Assembly (NCBI RefSeq): GCF_006345805.1
Contig: NC_043008.1
Coordinates: forward strand, 5,890,001-5,954,000
Origin: Octopus sinensis
Lineage: Eukaryota
DNA length: 64,000 nt
Direction: 5' to 3'
The position numbers and the translations under genes were made by a program. Under the pieces are notes generated by a model. The model saw only the letters and a list, made by a program, of their open reading frames with translations, did not search any database and had not been told where the DNA came from. Shown here in pieces: positions 25,500-38,074 of this stretch. Position 1 is the first letter of the stretch; each line of letters opens with the position of its first letter.

Positions 25500-25875
25500 G
25501 GTACTTAAGTTGAGGCACCAGAATTTAGTACAGTATTACCCATACAATTTCAAAGTAAGGTGATTAGAATCAAAATAAGCAACAACGATATCCAGAGGTA
25601 ATGCAGTACGATCGTTTCATGCAATTCCATTTAATTGAACATTATACTTAAAATCTCCAAGAAGTTAAGGAGATAGACAAAGAACATGCTGTCTCAACTC
25701 CAATTTAGAAATTATACTATGTCCATCTGTTCTAATTTAAACTAAATTCTATGTCTTTGTGCAGCTGAGGATTACTCTGCATTTTAAATTGATGTAATGA
25801 TTGCATTGTTCAATTAAATGGAGTTGCAGGAAACGATCATACTGCATTACCTCTGAATATCCTTGTTGCTTATTT

Positions 25876-25879
<4 letters not shown>
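25500..25879. mobile_element. Foldback element, copy 1: about 73-bp inverted arms around a 165-bp spacer
   Basis: Arms 25568-25641 and 25807-25879. Leader and arms match 49074-49325. Followed by (TA)n. Confidence 0.85.
25760..25846 (+). ncRNA. Decayed hammerhead-like motif
   Basis: TGCAG-CTGAGGA-[imperfect long stem]-GAAACGATCAT-A-CTGCA. Sister copy reads GAAACGATCGTA (palindrome ACGATCGT). Confidence 0.45.
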
Positions 25880-25926
<47 letters not shown>

Positions 25927-25956
25927 CACACACACACACACATACACACACACACA

Positions 25957-26096
25957 ACAGGCTTCTTACCGCTTCCATTGACCAAATCCACTCACATGGG
26001 TTTGGTCAGCCTGGGCAGATGTTTGCTGAAGATGCCATGTAGTGGAACTGAACCGGAAGCCCTGTAATTGTAATGTAGACTTCTCAACCACGCAGC
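25957..26096 (-). mobile_element. CORE-type SINE, 5' half, degenerate
   Basis: ccaaatccactcac..tttggtcagcc..gccatgtagtggaactgaacc. Confidence 0.7.
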
Positions 26097-26648
26097 TATA
26101 TATATATAATTCCATATTTTTGATATCCATTGTCATATAATTCCTTATCTTCTAAAACAATATTTATACCGTATAATATTTCCATATGTTCTTTATCATT
26201 CATTATCTATCATAAACACTTTGCTTTATGTTTTCATACCTCATAAATAATATACATTCATAGGCTACTTAATATTCTCATATCTTAAGTAAATTATTTG
26301 TTTTGATAAAGGTACGCAGCACATTTAACATTTTGTGCTTAATTAACAAAATTAACCACAGAAAATCAATTCCCATCTTGATGATCAAGTACTCTTTAAA
26401 TACCTTCTTACTTTCCTCACAGCACCAATTAAACTTATTTGTGCTTAATGAAACAGCAGTTTTAGATAGCTAATTACTAATTGCTGATGATTCTATTGTC
26501 TCTGAATTTGCTGAGAACTTTAATAGAATCACTTGTACTCAAATGGGCTTCCCTAATTATGCTTCTTCATGAGACACATCAAGACAATATCACATTTCCT
26601 AATAGCAGGCATTCTCATATTATGCTATCACATTATATAGAGATCTGC

Positions 26649-26703
<55 letters not shown>

Positions 26704-26769
26704 GGTCCCGGGTTGATTCGGGGTTAACCACAGTAAATAAGGTACTCAATACATAGCAGAGTAAAATTA

Positions 26770-26842
26770 ATTTATTATATAGCTTCCTGAAGATTTCTCT
26801 TGAATGAAACAGTTCTAGTCCTGTAGAAGCTCCTTCTATATA

Positions 26843-26848
<6 letters not shown>
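26770..26848 (+). ncRNA. Type I hammerhead ribozyme motif with full stem III
   Basis: AGCTTC-CTGAAGA-TTTC-tctt-GAAT-GAA-ACAG-ttctagtc-CTGT-A-GAAGCT. Distal stem I ATTTATTATATAG/CTATATAATAAAT (13 bp). U-U at the base of stem II. Confidence 0.7.
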
Positions 26849-26887
<39 letters not shown>

Positions 26888-26904
26888 ATATATAAGCATG
26901 TATG

Positions 26905-26938
<34 letters not shown>

Positions 26939-26972
26939 TGTATGTATGTATATATATATATATTATATATAT

Positions 26973-27015
<43 letters not shown>

Positions 27016-27016
<1 letters not shown>

Positions 27017-27310
27017 GACGCAATGGCCCAGTAGTTAGGGCAGTGGACGCGCAGTTGTAGGATTGCGGTTTCAATTCCCAAACCGGGCGATGTGAGTGTT
27101 TATTGAGCGAAAGCACCTAAAGGTCCATGGGGCTCTGGCAGGGGGTGGTGGCGATCCCTGCTGTACTCTTTCGCCACAACTTTCTCTCACTCTTTCTTCT
27201 GTTGGCCTGCTCGCTTAGCCAGCAGGGTGGCATCACTTGAAGGCTAAAACAGTGCAAAGCGCATTGTGACCAGCGATGTGTAGCAACATCTGATAGCCTA
27301 GTTGGTCACG
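27016..27310 (+). mobile_element. tRNA-derived SINE, second family
   Basis: A box tggcccagtagtt, B box ggtttcaattccc. Similar to 55450-55755. Confidence 0.8.
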
Positions 27311-27417
27311 ATGATATATATATATATATATATATTGTTGATGCCATAAGAATTTATAAACTTTCGAGAGAATGTGAAATAATTCCTTTCTGGAAAAATG
27401 GATCTTGAAGCACACAT

Positions 27418-28057
27418 AAAGCTATGGCTGTGTAGTAAGAACTTTCCTTCACAACTGCATGGCTCCAGGTTAAGTCCCAATTCATAGCACCTTGGGCAAG
27501 TGTCTTCTACAATGGCTGCAAGCTGACCAAAGCTTTGTGAGTGGATTTGATAGACAGACACTGAAAGAAGCATATTGTGTACACACACACACACACACAC
27601 TCACATACATGCACACACACATACACACAGAGGCATACACACAAACACACACCTGTACACACACATATATGTCTGTGGGGGTGGATCTTTGTGGTCTGTA
27701 TTCAACCCCCAATACTGCTTGACAACCAGCGTTGGTGTGTTTATGTCCCTGTAACTTAGCAGTTCAGCAAAAGAATCCAGTAAAAGAAGTCCCAGGCTTT
27801 AAAAAAAGATTAAGTACTTGGGTAAATTCGTTCAACTAAAATTCTTCAAGGTGGTGCCACAGCATGGCCACAGTCCAATGACTAAAAGAAATAAAATATA
27901 AAAGAGTGACTGTGTGGTAAGAAGCTTGCTTCCCAACCACATGGTTCTGGGTTCAGTTCTGCTGTGTAGTACTTGGGCAAGTGTCTTCTACTATAGCCTC
28001 AGGTCGACTAAAGCCTTGGGAATGGATTTGGTAGACGGAAACTGAAAGAATCCTGTC

Positions 28058-28126
<69 letters not shown>

Positions 28127-28150
28127 TCTGTATTTATCTCCCCCACCACT
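27418..28150 (+). mobile_element. Two tandem CORE-type SINEs
   Basis: Heads at 27418 and 27905, both with ttgggcaagtgtcttctac. Confidence 0.85.
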
Positions 28151-28194
28151 TGACAGCTGACAACTGATACTAGTTATATGAAATATATTCTTTT

Positions 28195-28580
28195 CTACTC
28201 TAGACACAAGGCCCGAAATTTTGGGGGAAGAGGCCAGTCAGTTAGATCGACCCCAGTATGCAACTGGTACTTAATTTATCAACCCCCCAAAGGGATGAAA
28301 AGCAAAGTTGACTTCGGCAGACTTTGAACTCAGAACATACAGTTGAAATACCTATTTCTTTACTGCCCACAAGGGGCTACACACAGAGGGGACAAACAAG
28401 GACAGACAAATGGATTAAGTTGATTATATCGACCCCAGTGCATAACTGGTACTTATTTAATCGACCCCAAAAGGATGAAAGGCAAAGTTGACCTCGGTGG
28501 AATTTGAACTCAGAATGTAACAGCAGACGAAATACTGCTAAGCATTTCGCCCAGCATGCTAACGTTTCTGCCAGCTTGCC
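28195..28580 (-). mobile_element. Dimeric Meta-type SINE
   Basis: Same monomer junction (aaatacctatttcttta..cccacaagggg) as 17266-17665. Confidence 0.85.
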
Positions 28581-28719
28581 ACCACAGTTACATTAGATAT
28601 ATTAAAAGTAAAATGTGAGACTTTGCAAGCATTCTCTTATAATTTATACTCGAACATATGTGTATGTATATGTGCATACACACACACTCACAGACACACA
28701 TATGTGGGGTCACCTTGTG

Positions 28720-29140
28720 CACAAAAGCCTAAAGCACTGGCTTTGGAGGGGCTGCCATCAGAACCTTAATGAGAGGAGAAAGTATTGGCGGTGTGAAACG
28801 TGGGGACATGTACTCCTTTCTAAGGCTGGGTATGTCGATCATCTGAGATTCCATGGAAGATCAGCTGTATGCAATATTTTCCTTCCTAGACCAGGTGATT
28901 CAACATCTGTAGTGTGTGAAAGGGGCTGCAGGTGGAATTCAGGACTGAAGGGACAAATGACAGTCCATAGGGATTAATCCAGTGGGAGTTACAATCTTTT
29001 GTCTGTCATCTATGTTTCAAACTATAAAGACGTGCAGTAGGACTGAATTCTTATGTACGAGGTCACAGACGAAATATCAGAAATGCCATTGGCAATGAGG
29101 AAGATCAGAGAGACAGCAAGCGTCTGAAGGTTGAACTATC
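28720..29140 (+). pseudogene. Decayed triple C2H2 zinc-finger region, probably a LINE ORF2 C-terminus
   Basis: RCETWGHVLLSKAGYVDHLRFH; SVVCERGCRWNSGLKGQMTVH; then frameshifted FVCHLCFKL*RRAVGLNSYVRGH. No TGEKP linkers. Confidence 0.6.
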
Positions 29141-29214
29141 ACACTCCCCCACCACGCACGTAATATATACATATATACATGAGTATATATAGTTATATAC
29201 ACACACATATATAC

Positions 29215-29269
<55 letters not shown>

Positions 29270-29419
29270 ATTTATATATTTGTAAATATATTAACCTTTA
29301 ATTGAACTATATATATATATATACATAATACATGCATACATACATATATATATATACATACATACATATATATATTATACATACATACATATATATATAT
29401 ATACATACATACATATATA

Positions 29420-29458
<39 letters not shown>

Positions 29459-29474
29459 ATATAAAATATACATG

Positions 29475-29511
<37 letters not shown>

Positions 29512-29554
29512 AGATATAAAATATACATGTATATATATATATGTATATATATAT

Positions 29555-29610
29555 ATTCCAACCCATGCTAGCATGGAAAACGGACGTTAAACGATGATGA
29601 TGATGATGAT
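29555..29610 (+). mobile_element. Extreme 3' tip of an RTE LINE inside a TA tract
   Basis: ccaacccatgctagcatggaaaacggacgttaaacgatgatgatg. Confidence 0.85.
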
Positions 29611-30758
29611 ACATATATATATATGATATAAAATATACATGTATATATATATGTATGTGTATATATATGTATATATACATATTATATATGATATAAAATA
29701 TACATGTATATATATATATGTATGTATATATATATGGTATATCAGTGCCCCATGTTTTGGCTTAACAGCACGGTATATAATGTAACAGACAATTGATTAA
29801 CTATACCTCTCATAATGTTCAAGAAAACAAAGAGTTCTCTGTTGTGATTTAACCATTGAGTTTTTCCAATCTTAAAATAACCAATATTTACAGGAGAAAT
29901 TGATGTCAAGTTAAAACCGAATTTATTGGTTTTTTATTCGCCTTAATGACAGAGATGGTTTTAAAGCTCTAAACGTCTCCATTTTATTCCTGAAATTTCT
30001 TTAGCCACACTTATTATATCAACTATCTCCACTTAATATTTAGGAGATATTCCAGTAACCGTCTGTGCTATTAGTAGTGGTAGCAGTTTACTTAAAGTAC
30101 CTCGTTGTTCTTGTTATTATTATTATTTTTATTATCTAACTTGTCACTATTGTCATACAGTAATGAAGTGGTTAAGGTTTGTCTTAATTTCCAAATTTTA
30201 AAATTAATTTTTTTTTCATTTACTTTCTCAGTCTGTTGTTCTGAGGAATTTTATTCTCTTATATTCTTCCGATGGCCAGTCACATCTGCCATTACCAAAC
30301 ATACTGTTTTCTTTCGCTGTTCTAGCAGAGATAAAACTTTCATTCATCTACAGGTAGCTCTATAGGTGACAAATAATCAGATATTATCAAACTACAATAA
30401 AAGATAATTGTTAATAAAGACTGCATTAGTTAGAGGGCGGGGTGGTGGTGTCGATGAAGGTATTTACCAAAGGTTTTGCCACTAAGAAAATCTTGAATTA
30501 TTGAAAACATAATTCCTTTTTATAAGGTATATGTCTGTCTCTGGGTGTATAACTGACTGAAAGCTGCCTACTACTATTACTACTGCTACTACTACAACTA
30601 CTACTACTACTGCTACTGCTGCTGCTGCTGTAATGGCAGAAAAATTCTTTATTTAAGCACCAGCACTCAATGGTGACATGGCTCAGAAGTAAACCAAACA
30701 AACTTGATTCTTCATATTGTATAAAATTATTTTATTTTGGAAAATTAGAAAATGAGGA

Positions 30759-32489
30759 TCAGAACTGGAGGAGAAGTTCCAGGTGTGGAAGGAAGGAGGG
30801 TTAGAATCAAGGGGCCTTAGAGTCAACCTAGCTAAACCAAAGTACTAATAAGTAGAAAGGTAGACAACCACAAATATCTTCAGGAAGATGGCCCTGCTCG
30901 ATCTGTAGAAAAGGTGTAGGTAGAACTCTATAAGATGTACCCAGTGTAAGCTATGGACACATAAGAGGTGCAGCAATGTCAAAGGTAGGCTAACTGGGAA
31001 GATAGTTTTTGTATGTGGCAGATGCTCGGGAGCATTAACCTCCGAAAATCTGCAGAAAACAACTTCCGCCACTTTCCCGGGGGAAAAACTAGAAGTAGTT
31101 GATAGCTTCCGTTATCTAGGTGACCAAGTCAGTAGGGGGGTGGGTGCGCTGAAAGTGTAACTGCTAGAATAAGAATAGCCTGGGCAAAGTTTAGGGAGCT
31201 CTTACCTCTGCTGGTGACTAAAGGCCTCTCGCTCAGAGTAAAAGGCAGACTGTATGATGCGTGTGTACGAACAGCCATGCTACATGGCAGCGAAACATGG
31301 GCTGTGACTGCTGAGGACATGCGTAAGCTCGTGAGGAATGAAGCCAGTATGCTCCGATGGATGTGTGTAATGTCAGGTACATACATCGACAGAGCGTTAG
31401 CACCTTGAGAGAAATGTTGTACCTAAGAAGCATCAGTTGTGGTGTGCAAGAGAGACGATTGCGCTGGTATGGTCATGTGGCGAGAATGGATGAAGATAGG
31501 TGTGTGAGAAAGTGCCAATCCCTAGCAGTTGAGGGAACGTGGAAGAGGTAGACCCAGGAAAACCTGGGACGAGGTGGTGAAGCACGACCTTCGAACTTTA
31601 GGCCTCACTGAGGAAATGACCAGAGACCGAGACCTTTGGAAATATTCTGTACGTGAGAAGACCAGGCAGGACAAGTGAGCCAGCCCACTTATGAATGCCT
31701 TCCTTCCTTGGACACAAAGACCGGTTGAGGCAAGCGAAGTCGATATAGAACCTCATCGACGATAGACACCCATCCCAACCCCCCATGCTTGCGAAGACAT
31801 GTTGGGGCAAGCGAAATCGAAACCGAATTGAACCAGCCAGGATCCCTGGCCTGGTGGTACGTAAAAAGCACTATCCGACTCGGGGCCGTGGCACGTAAAA
31901 TACTCCAATGCGACCGTACGACAGGCACCCATGCCAACCCCTTTGCTTGTGAAGACATGTTGGGGCAAGCGAAATCGAAATCGAATTGAACCAGCCAGGA
32001 TCCCTGGTCTGGTGGTACGTAAAAAGCACTATCCGACTCGTGGCCGTGGCACGTAAAATACTCCAATGCGACCGTACGACAGGCACCCTTGCCAACCACC
32101 TTTGCTTGTGAAGACATGTTGGGGCAAGCGAAATCGAAATCGAATTGAACCAGCCAGGATCCCTGGTCTGGTGGTACGTAAAAAGCACTATCCGACTCGT
32201 GGCCGATGCCAGCACCGCCTCGACTGGCTTCCGTGCCGGTGGCACATAAAATACACCAATCTGACCGTGGCCGTTGCCAGCCCCGCCTGGCACCTGTGCA
32301 GGTGGCACGTAAAAAGCACCCACTACACTCACGGAGTGGTTGGCGTTAGGAAGGGCATCCAGCTGTAGAAACATTGCCAAATTAGACTGGAGCCTGGTGC
32401 AGCCTTCTGGCTTCCCAGAACCCCGGTCGAACCGTCCAACCCATGCTAGCATGGAGAACGGACGTTAAACGACGATGATGATGATGATG
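30759..32489 (+). mobile_element. 5'-truncated RTE-clade LINE, copy A (RT C-terminus with PHD-like finger, 3' UTR, (GAT)n tail)
   Basis: RWPCSICRKGVGRNSIRCTQCKLWTHKRCS..CGRC; VDSFRYLG; KGRLYDACVRTAMLHGSETW; RRLRWYGHVARM. Frameshifts present. Confidence 0.92.
31770..32205 (+). repeat. 158/159-bp tandem repeat (about 2.6 copies) in the RTE 3' UTR
   Basis: atgttggggcaagcgaaatcg starts at 31799, 31957 and 32116. Each unit has a CCAGG-atc-CCTGG hairpin. Confidence 0.95.
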
Positions 32490-33127
32490 ACAAAAGGTAA
32501 TAAAAGCTACAACAGTGGGGGTGGTGTGTGTGGGGGACACAAGACATTTTCAAAAGAATTTCCTGAGCATGATTTCAGTAAAACATTTTCTATGTCTAAT
32601 GGAAGAAACTTAAAAAAACATTGCATGAAAGATTACTCTGAAACAGGTGCAAAAATCATCATTTTATTCATTTAATTAATTTTTTCCCCCCTAATCAACT
32701 AACGATCATTCTTCCACATCAACGATGTTCTGTTCTTTCAACTATGAATGAGACTCTCTGAAAAGTTATCAGAGCATGAAAACTGTATTCATTACAAGCT
32801 TTGGGTCAATCGGTGGACGTTGGAATTAAAACTGTTGAATAAATTTTCTGTTGATGTCTTTTTCATTCAATGTATTCCAAACCCTAGAAATAGTTGAAAA
32901 AAAAATGTTAAAACATGCACTGGATATTATTCTTTCTTACAAAGTGAAGATAGAAATTTCTTTAGTATTTTGGAAGTGACTGGTCATCACAGTAGATGAG
33001 TTCGTTTATATTGTGCTGACCAAGTTAAAAAGATTATTCTAACAGAGTGTGCATATGCAAAACATCACACTATAACTTTGGATGCAATTATTCTGCATTA
33101 GAATGACATGCTTATCTTAACAAAGTT

Positions 33128-33385
33128 ACATGGGCATATGGCGTAGTGGTTAAGAGCGTGGGCGACTAACCCCAACAGTCTGAGTTCGATTCCAGGCAGT
33201 GACCTGAATAATAATAATGATAATAATAATAATAATAATAATAACATCGGAAATACCTTAGGAATGAGAACCCAGGTTCGAAATTTCCCCAAGACTCCTG
33301 ATGAGAGCTGAAGGGTAAATCAGCCGAAACATGTTAACAACAAACAAGATAAGGACAAATATCCGTCAAATGTAAATAAAGTAAA
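33128..33385 (+). mobile_element. SINE with tRNA head, (AAT)n linker and hammerhead-like tail
   Basis: A box TGGCGTAGTGG, B box GAGTTCGATTCC. Tail GACTC-CTGATGA-GAGCTG..CAGCC-GAAACATGTT at 33293-33335. Confidence 0.85.
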
Positions 33386-33693
33386 TAATATATAATAATA
33401 ATAATGTAAATAATATAAAGTTACTAACCAATGAAGACTTAACTATTTTGATAATAATCAGAATATGGGTATTGATGTGACTAAATTAATTCTTGATGGG
33501 GAAAGCATTTCAATATTCCATGTTCTGCTGATCATGGTGGACAAGGCCATGATAAGAGGAGCAACTTGTCTGTTACCGTAATGTTTGGCAAGTAATTTAA
33601 AGCCAGTATAATCCATTGACTGCATTTCCCCTTTCTACTTGTCATTAACTTATATAAAGTTAGTGCAGCTGAATATTAGATTAAAGCTCCTAC

Positions 33694-33782
33694 CTGCATT
33701 GGACGAAAATCTCCAAGCACTTTGCAGCTCTTGTTCGTAGCCTTCAAAAGCAATTACGTCCTTGCTTACATTAAATCTAAGA
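33694..33782 (-). CDS. Candidate exon (xLRFNVSKDVIAFEGYEQELQSAWRFSSNAG)
   Basis: tttatgtttataatcattgccag acceptor, GCAG|gtagga donor. Only one frame open. Unidentified. Confidence 0.25.
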
Positions 33783-34341
33783 CTGGCAATGATTATAAAC
33801 ATAAAGTTATTTACATTCCATTGAGTGCATTATTATGATATCAATTTTGATCAAAATTGATTAATTCATTATTGTAATATTACAATAATCAGTTCAACCC
33901 AGAAATGTTACAAATGATGTGGAAGAAAGGAATTTGAAATCTTTATTAGATGACTTAAATACTGAATGTTAATAATGGGACAGCCATCTTAATTATTGCT
34001 GGAGAATAATTGGAAGCCTAAATGAATTTTCTAATAAGGACACAAGTTGTTTGGTGAAAACGGGAATCGAGTGCTTACGTGTATTCTGTCATGAAGTACA
34101 GGTTTGTTGTCGAAGAATTTTATGCCATATTTGTATCACTCAGTTCAAAGATGTCAAGACTCTTCAATAATTTGAATTTATTTGGAAACATTCTAAAGTA
34201 GAAAATGGTCAGATTGAACTCAATGTTAAGCAAATGTGTGGAATACCTTAATATGTAACAATATTATAATATAGTATAATATAAACAATATATGATATCA
34301 ATATATCAGTAAAGAATAAAGATCTGTGAAATATATATTGA

Positions 34342-34818
34342 TCATCATCATCATCATCGTTTAACGTCCGCTTTCCATGCTAGCATGGGTTGGACGATTT
34401 TGACTGAGGGTTGGCGAACCAGATGGCTGCACCAGGCTCCAATCTTGATCTGGCAGAGTTTCTACAGCTGGATGCCCTTCCTAACGCCAACCATTCCGAG
34501 AGTGTTGTAGGTGCTTTTTACGTGCCACTGGCACGGGGGCCAGTCAGGCAGTACTGGCAATGACCTCTTTCGAATCTTTTTACACATGCCACCGGCACAG
34601 GTGCCAGTAAAGTGGCGCTGGTAACGATCACGCTCGAATGGTGCCCTTTTACGTGCTACAAGCACAGAAGCCAGTTGGCTGCTCTTGCAAAGATCATGCT
34701 TGGATGGTGCTCTTGGCATTCTATTAGCATGGGCACAAGTACCAGTAAGGTGACGTTGGTAATGATCACACACGAATGGTGCCTTTTATGTGCCACTTGC
34801 ATGGAAACCAGTTAGCCT
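34342..34818 (-). mobile_element. RTE LINE 3' UTR fragment, inverted
   Basis: (ATC)n then gtttaacgtccgctttccatgctagcatgggttgg, the reverse complement of the RTE tail. Confidence 0.9.
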
Positions 34819-35944
34819 CTATCATTATATTGATATATAATGATATATAGAATATATATTGATATATAAAAAAAATGTAGATGTATCAATTAATAGTAAA
34901 AATCAAATATTTCCACTTAAAATCATTAAATGAATCAAATATTATTTCAACTCTCATTCCACCAATTGAAATATTCAACAAACTTAATAAATTGCAATTT
35001 GAAGTGCAACTATAGCACTTCAAAATGTTTTACTGCCTACAAGCCATATCCACAGACTGAGAGGTCTTCCAGTGCTTTTGAATACTCTGTGATCAGCGAT
35101 GTGTCAAAGCAGGTTGTTAAATCAATTGCAAATGATCTTAATTAAAACTCTTTGATTGATGCCTGCTAGCCATAGAGCTCGAAATGTCCTGGCTTCATTA
35201 ATATTACAAATATAATATTTTTTATTTGGTAAAATATTCTTGTTTTTTACACTGTGTCCGCTTGATACTTTTACAGTTCAGCATATATTAGCTGTGGCCC
35301 ATATTTATTGCTCGAACAAATGAATACAGATGTATGTGGGCCTATTCGCATGTTTGTATCTGTGCATGTTTGTTTGTGTGTGCATGTGTATCTCACAAGA
35401 TTTATAGCTTTGATTCTTCGAAATGAATCCCCTAACACAATCACATTTAAAAAGGATTTTATGAACGACTGTTGCTATACATGAATGTTTCTGCATTTAT
35501 AAATTAAACAATATCACACCTACATCAAAGAGGGCCATACGACCCTATTGATGGCAACAATAGAGCTCATCAGATTTAAAGCCTTTCTCTCATATGTTAG
35601 AGTATTGCTCTATTATGATAAGTTAATGTCCTGAAGCATGAGGTGTGTGCAGACAATTGTAGCTTACTTGGAAACTTCATAAAGCAAATAAGGTTTCATG
35701 CATTGAAAGTCTTCCATACCTACTCCATTTAAAGTATTTCCCTTCAGCTTATACATGTTTCGATATACAGATCTATACACCCACAAACACACAAATATAT
35801 ATGTATACACAACATACATAAATGTATGTAGGTAAATATATATATATGTATGTATATTACATATATACATAAATAAGGGCAGGAGTGGCTGTGTGGTAAG
35901 TAGCTTGCTTACCAACCACATAGTTCTGGCATCTTAGTCAATAT

Positions 35945-36395
35945 TAGTCTAACGAAATACCTATTTCTTTATTACCCACAAGGGGTTAAACACAGAGGGG
36001 ACAAACAAGGACAGACAAACGGATTAAGTCGATTATATCGACCCCAGTGCGTAACTGGTACTTATTTAATCGACCCCGAAAGGATGAATGGCAAAGTCGA
36101 CCTCGGTGGAATTTGAACTCAGAGCGTCGCGGCAGACGAAATACCGCTAGGCATTTCGCCCGGCGTGCTAACGTTTCTGCCAGCTCGCCGCCCTATACTC
36201 TTTTCAACTCTAGACACAAGGCCCGAAATTTCTGAGGAGGTGTGCCAGTCGATTAGATCAACCCCAGTACGCAACTGGTACTTAATTTATTGCCCCCGAA
36301 AGGATGAAAGGCAAAGTCGATCTCGGGAGAATTTGAACTCAGAACATAAAGACAGACGAAATACCACCAAGCGTTTCTCCCAGCTCGCCGCCTTA
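35945..36395 (-). mobile_element. Two Meta-type SINE monomers, young (CpG-rich)
   Basis: Near-consensus matches to 17266-17665. Confidence 0.9.
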
Positions 36396-36927
36396 TATTC
36401 CACTAGATTTATTGTTCCAAATACGAGTCAATTTAATGTTTAATGAAGTTCTTTGACAAAACGTTTCGCATGAAAAAGTATCTAGACTATATTTGCACCG
36501 TATTTTATCTCTATCATTGCAATAATACGAATTTCTGTTCGTTGACTTTTGATTAATCTTTGATGTTCGCTTCGGGTTCCAGACAGCTTTTATAATATTA
36601 TTTTTTACAAGCAAAACGATTGTGAGATCCTTCCGTAACAATCCATTATTTATTGCTTTTTTCTCAGTTTTTTTTTCTTTTGTAGAAGCAGGAATTTTGT
36701 GTTAGTCTCCTCTTTATACTTCCATGTTGGTTATTTTACTGTCCCAACTCCTACAAACACAAACTTCTGTCTGGGAAGAGAATATATTTAATTATACATT
36801 ATAGATATATCTAACATATATATTTACCTTAATATGTATGACATGATTGTATTTCTTGTAATTTTTTTGTTTTAGGTATGACTACATTTTATTGTATACT
36901 TATATACTTGTGTGTTTGTATATACAC

Positions 36928-37990
36928 GGTCGTTATATTAATGACTGTATCGGTGCGACCTTGCTCTCCTGCGAACAACTAGACTCCTTCCTCTCTTTTA
37001 TCCAATCCTTCCACCCTGCCCTCAAATTCTCCTGGGCTATTTCCAACACTTCCTTCGCCTGTCTCGACATTTCAGTCAACATAAACAACTCCGCTCTCAA
37101 TACCTCCATCCACTACAAACACACTGACTCATACTCATACTTCAACTTCTCCTCCTCCTTCCCCCACCCTACCCACACCAAGCTCTCCAGCCTCTACTCC
37201 CAATTCCCCGTCTGCGCAGGTTCTACAGTGACAGTCAAGACTTTGAGATTCAGTCTCAACTCAAGGCTCGCCACTTCATCCTTCGTGGATATCCCCTCAC
37301 CACTATCCACACAGCCCTTGCTAGAGCATGCTCCGTGGACCGTGCCTCTGCTCTACCCCCCACCCGCATCCACCACACCGTTGCCCATCTCCCATTTCCC
37401 CTCAGCTACCACCCTTCCAACGCACCATTCTCCGAGCCTTCCGGCAACTGCAGTCCGACCCCCCCACTTCGCACATCTTCCCCATCCTACCTCTTCCCTC
37501 CTTCAAACGAGCCCACAAGCTACGTAACCTCCTGGTCCACAGTTTCTACCCTAACCCCACCTACCAACCTGGCCCGTTTCCCAGCTCCCGCCCACGCTTC
37601 CGCACTTGCCCCTACTTCTCCAACATCACTATCCTCACAGGCACCCATCATCGTCCCTATCATATCACCGACTCCTTTACTTGCACTTCTAGCAACGTCA
37701 TTTACTGCATCTCCTGCTCTTTCTGTCCTTCTCTGTACACAGGTCAAACAGGACGCCACTTAGCTGACCGGTTCGAGGAACACCTCTGAGACATTAGACT
37801 CGACAATGGCATCCAGGTCTCGCACCATTTCCGCTCTACCAGTCATTCATTACAACACCTATCTGTGTTCGGCTTTTCTTTGCACACGGACCATCCGGAC
37901 ACCCACCTTCGCCGTGAACAAATATTAATCTTCTCTCTTCGCTCCTTTGTGTCATATGGACTCAACTCTCCTCCCCTCTTCATCCGACTC
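36928..37990 (+). mobile_element. Penelope-like element fragment: RT C-terminus, thumb and GIY-YIG endonuclease, frameshifted
   Basis: RYINDCIG (decayed YIDD); HPALKFS; LDISV..TSIHYKHTDSYSY; CTSSNVIYCISC..LYTGQTGRHLADRFEEHL. Confidence 0.92.
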
Positions 37991-38074
37991 CCCCCCTCTC
38001 CTCTCTTCATCTAACACCTACATCCTCTCTTCATTCTAATCCCCTCCTCTCCTCAGTTTTGGACGCTCATAGCG

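Noticed and set aside
36455-36475. GAAACGTT half-motif on the minus strand
   Set aside because: No upstream CUGANGA core. Treated as chance.
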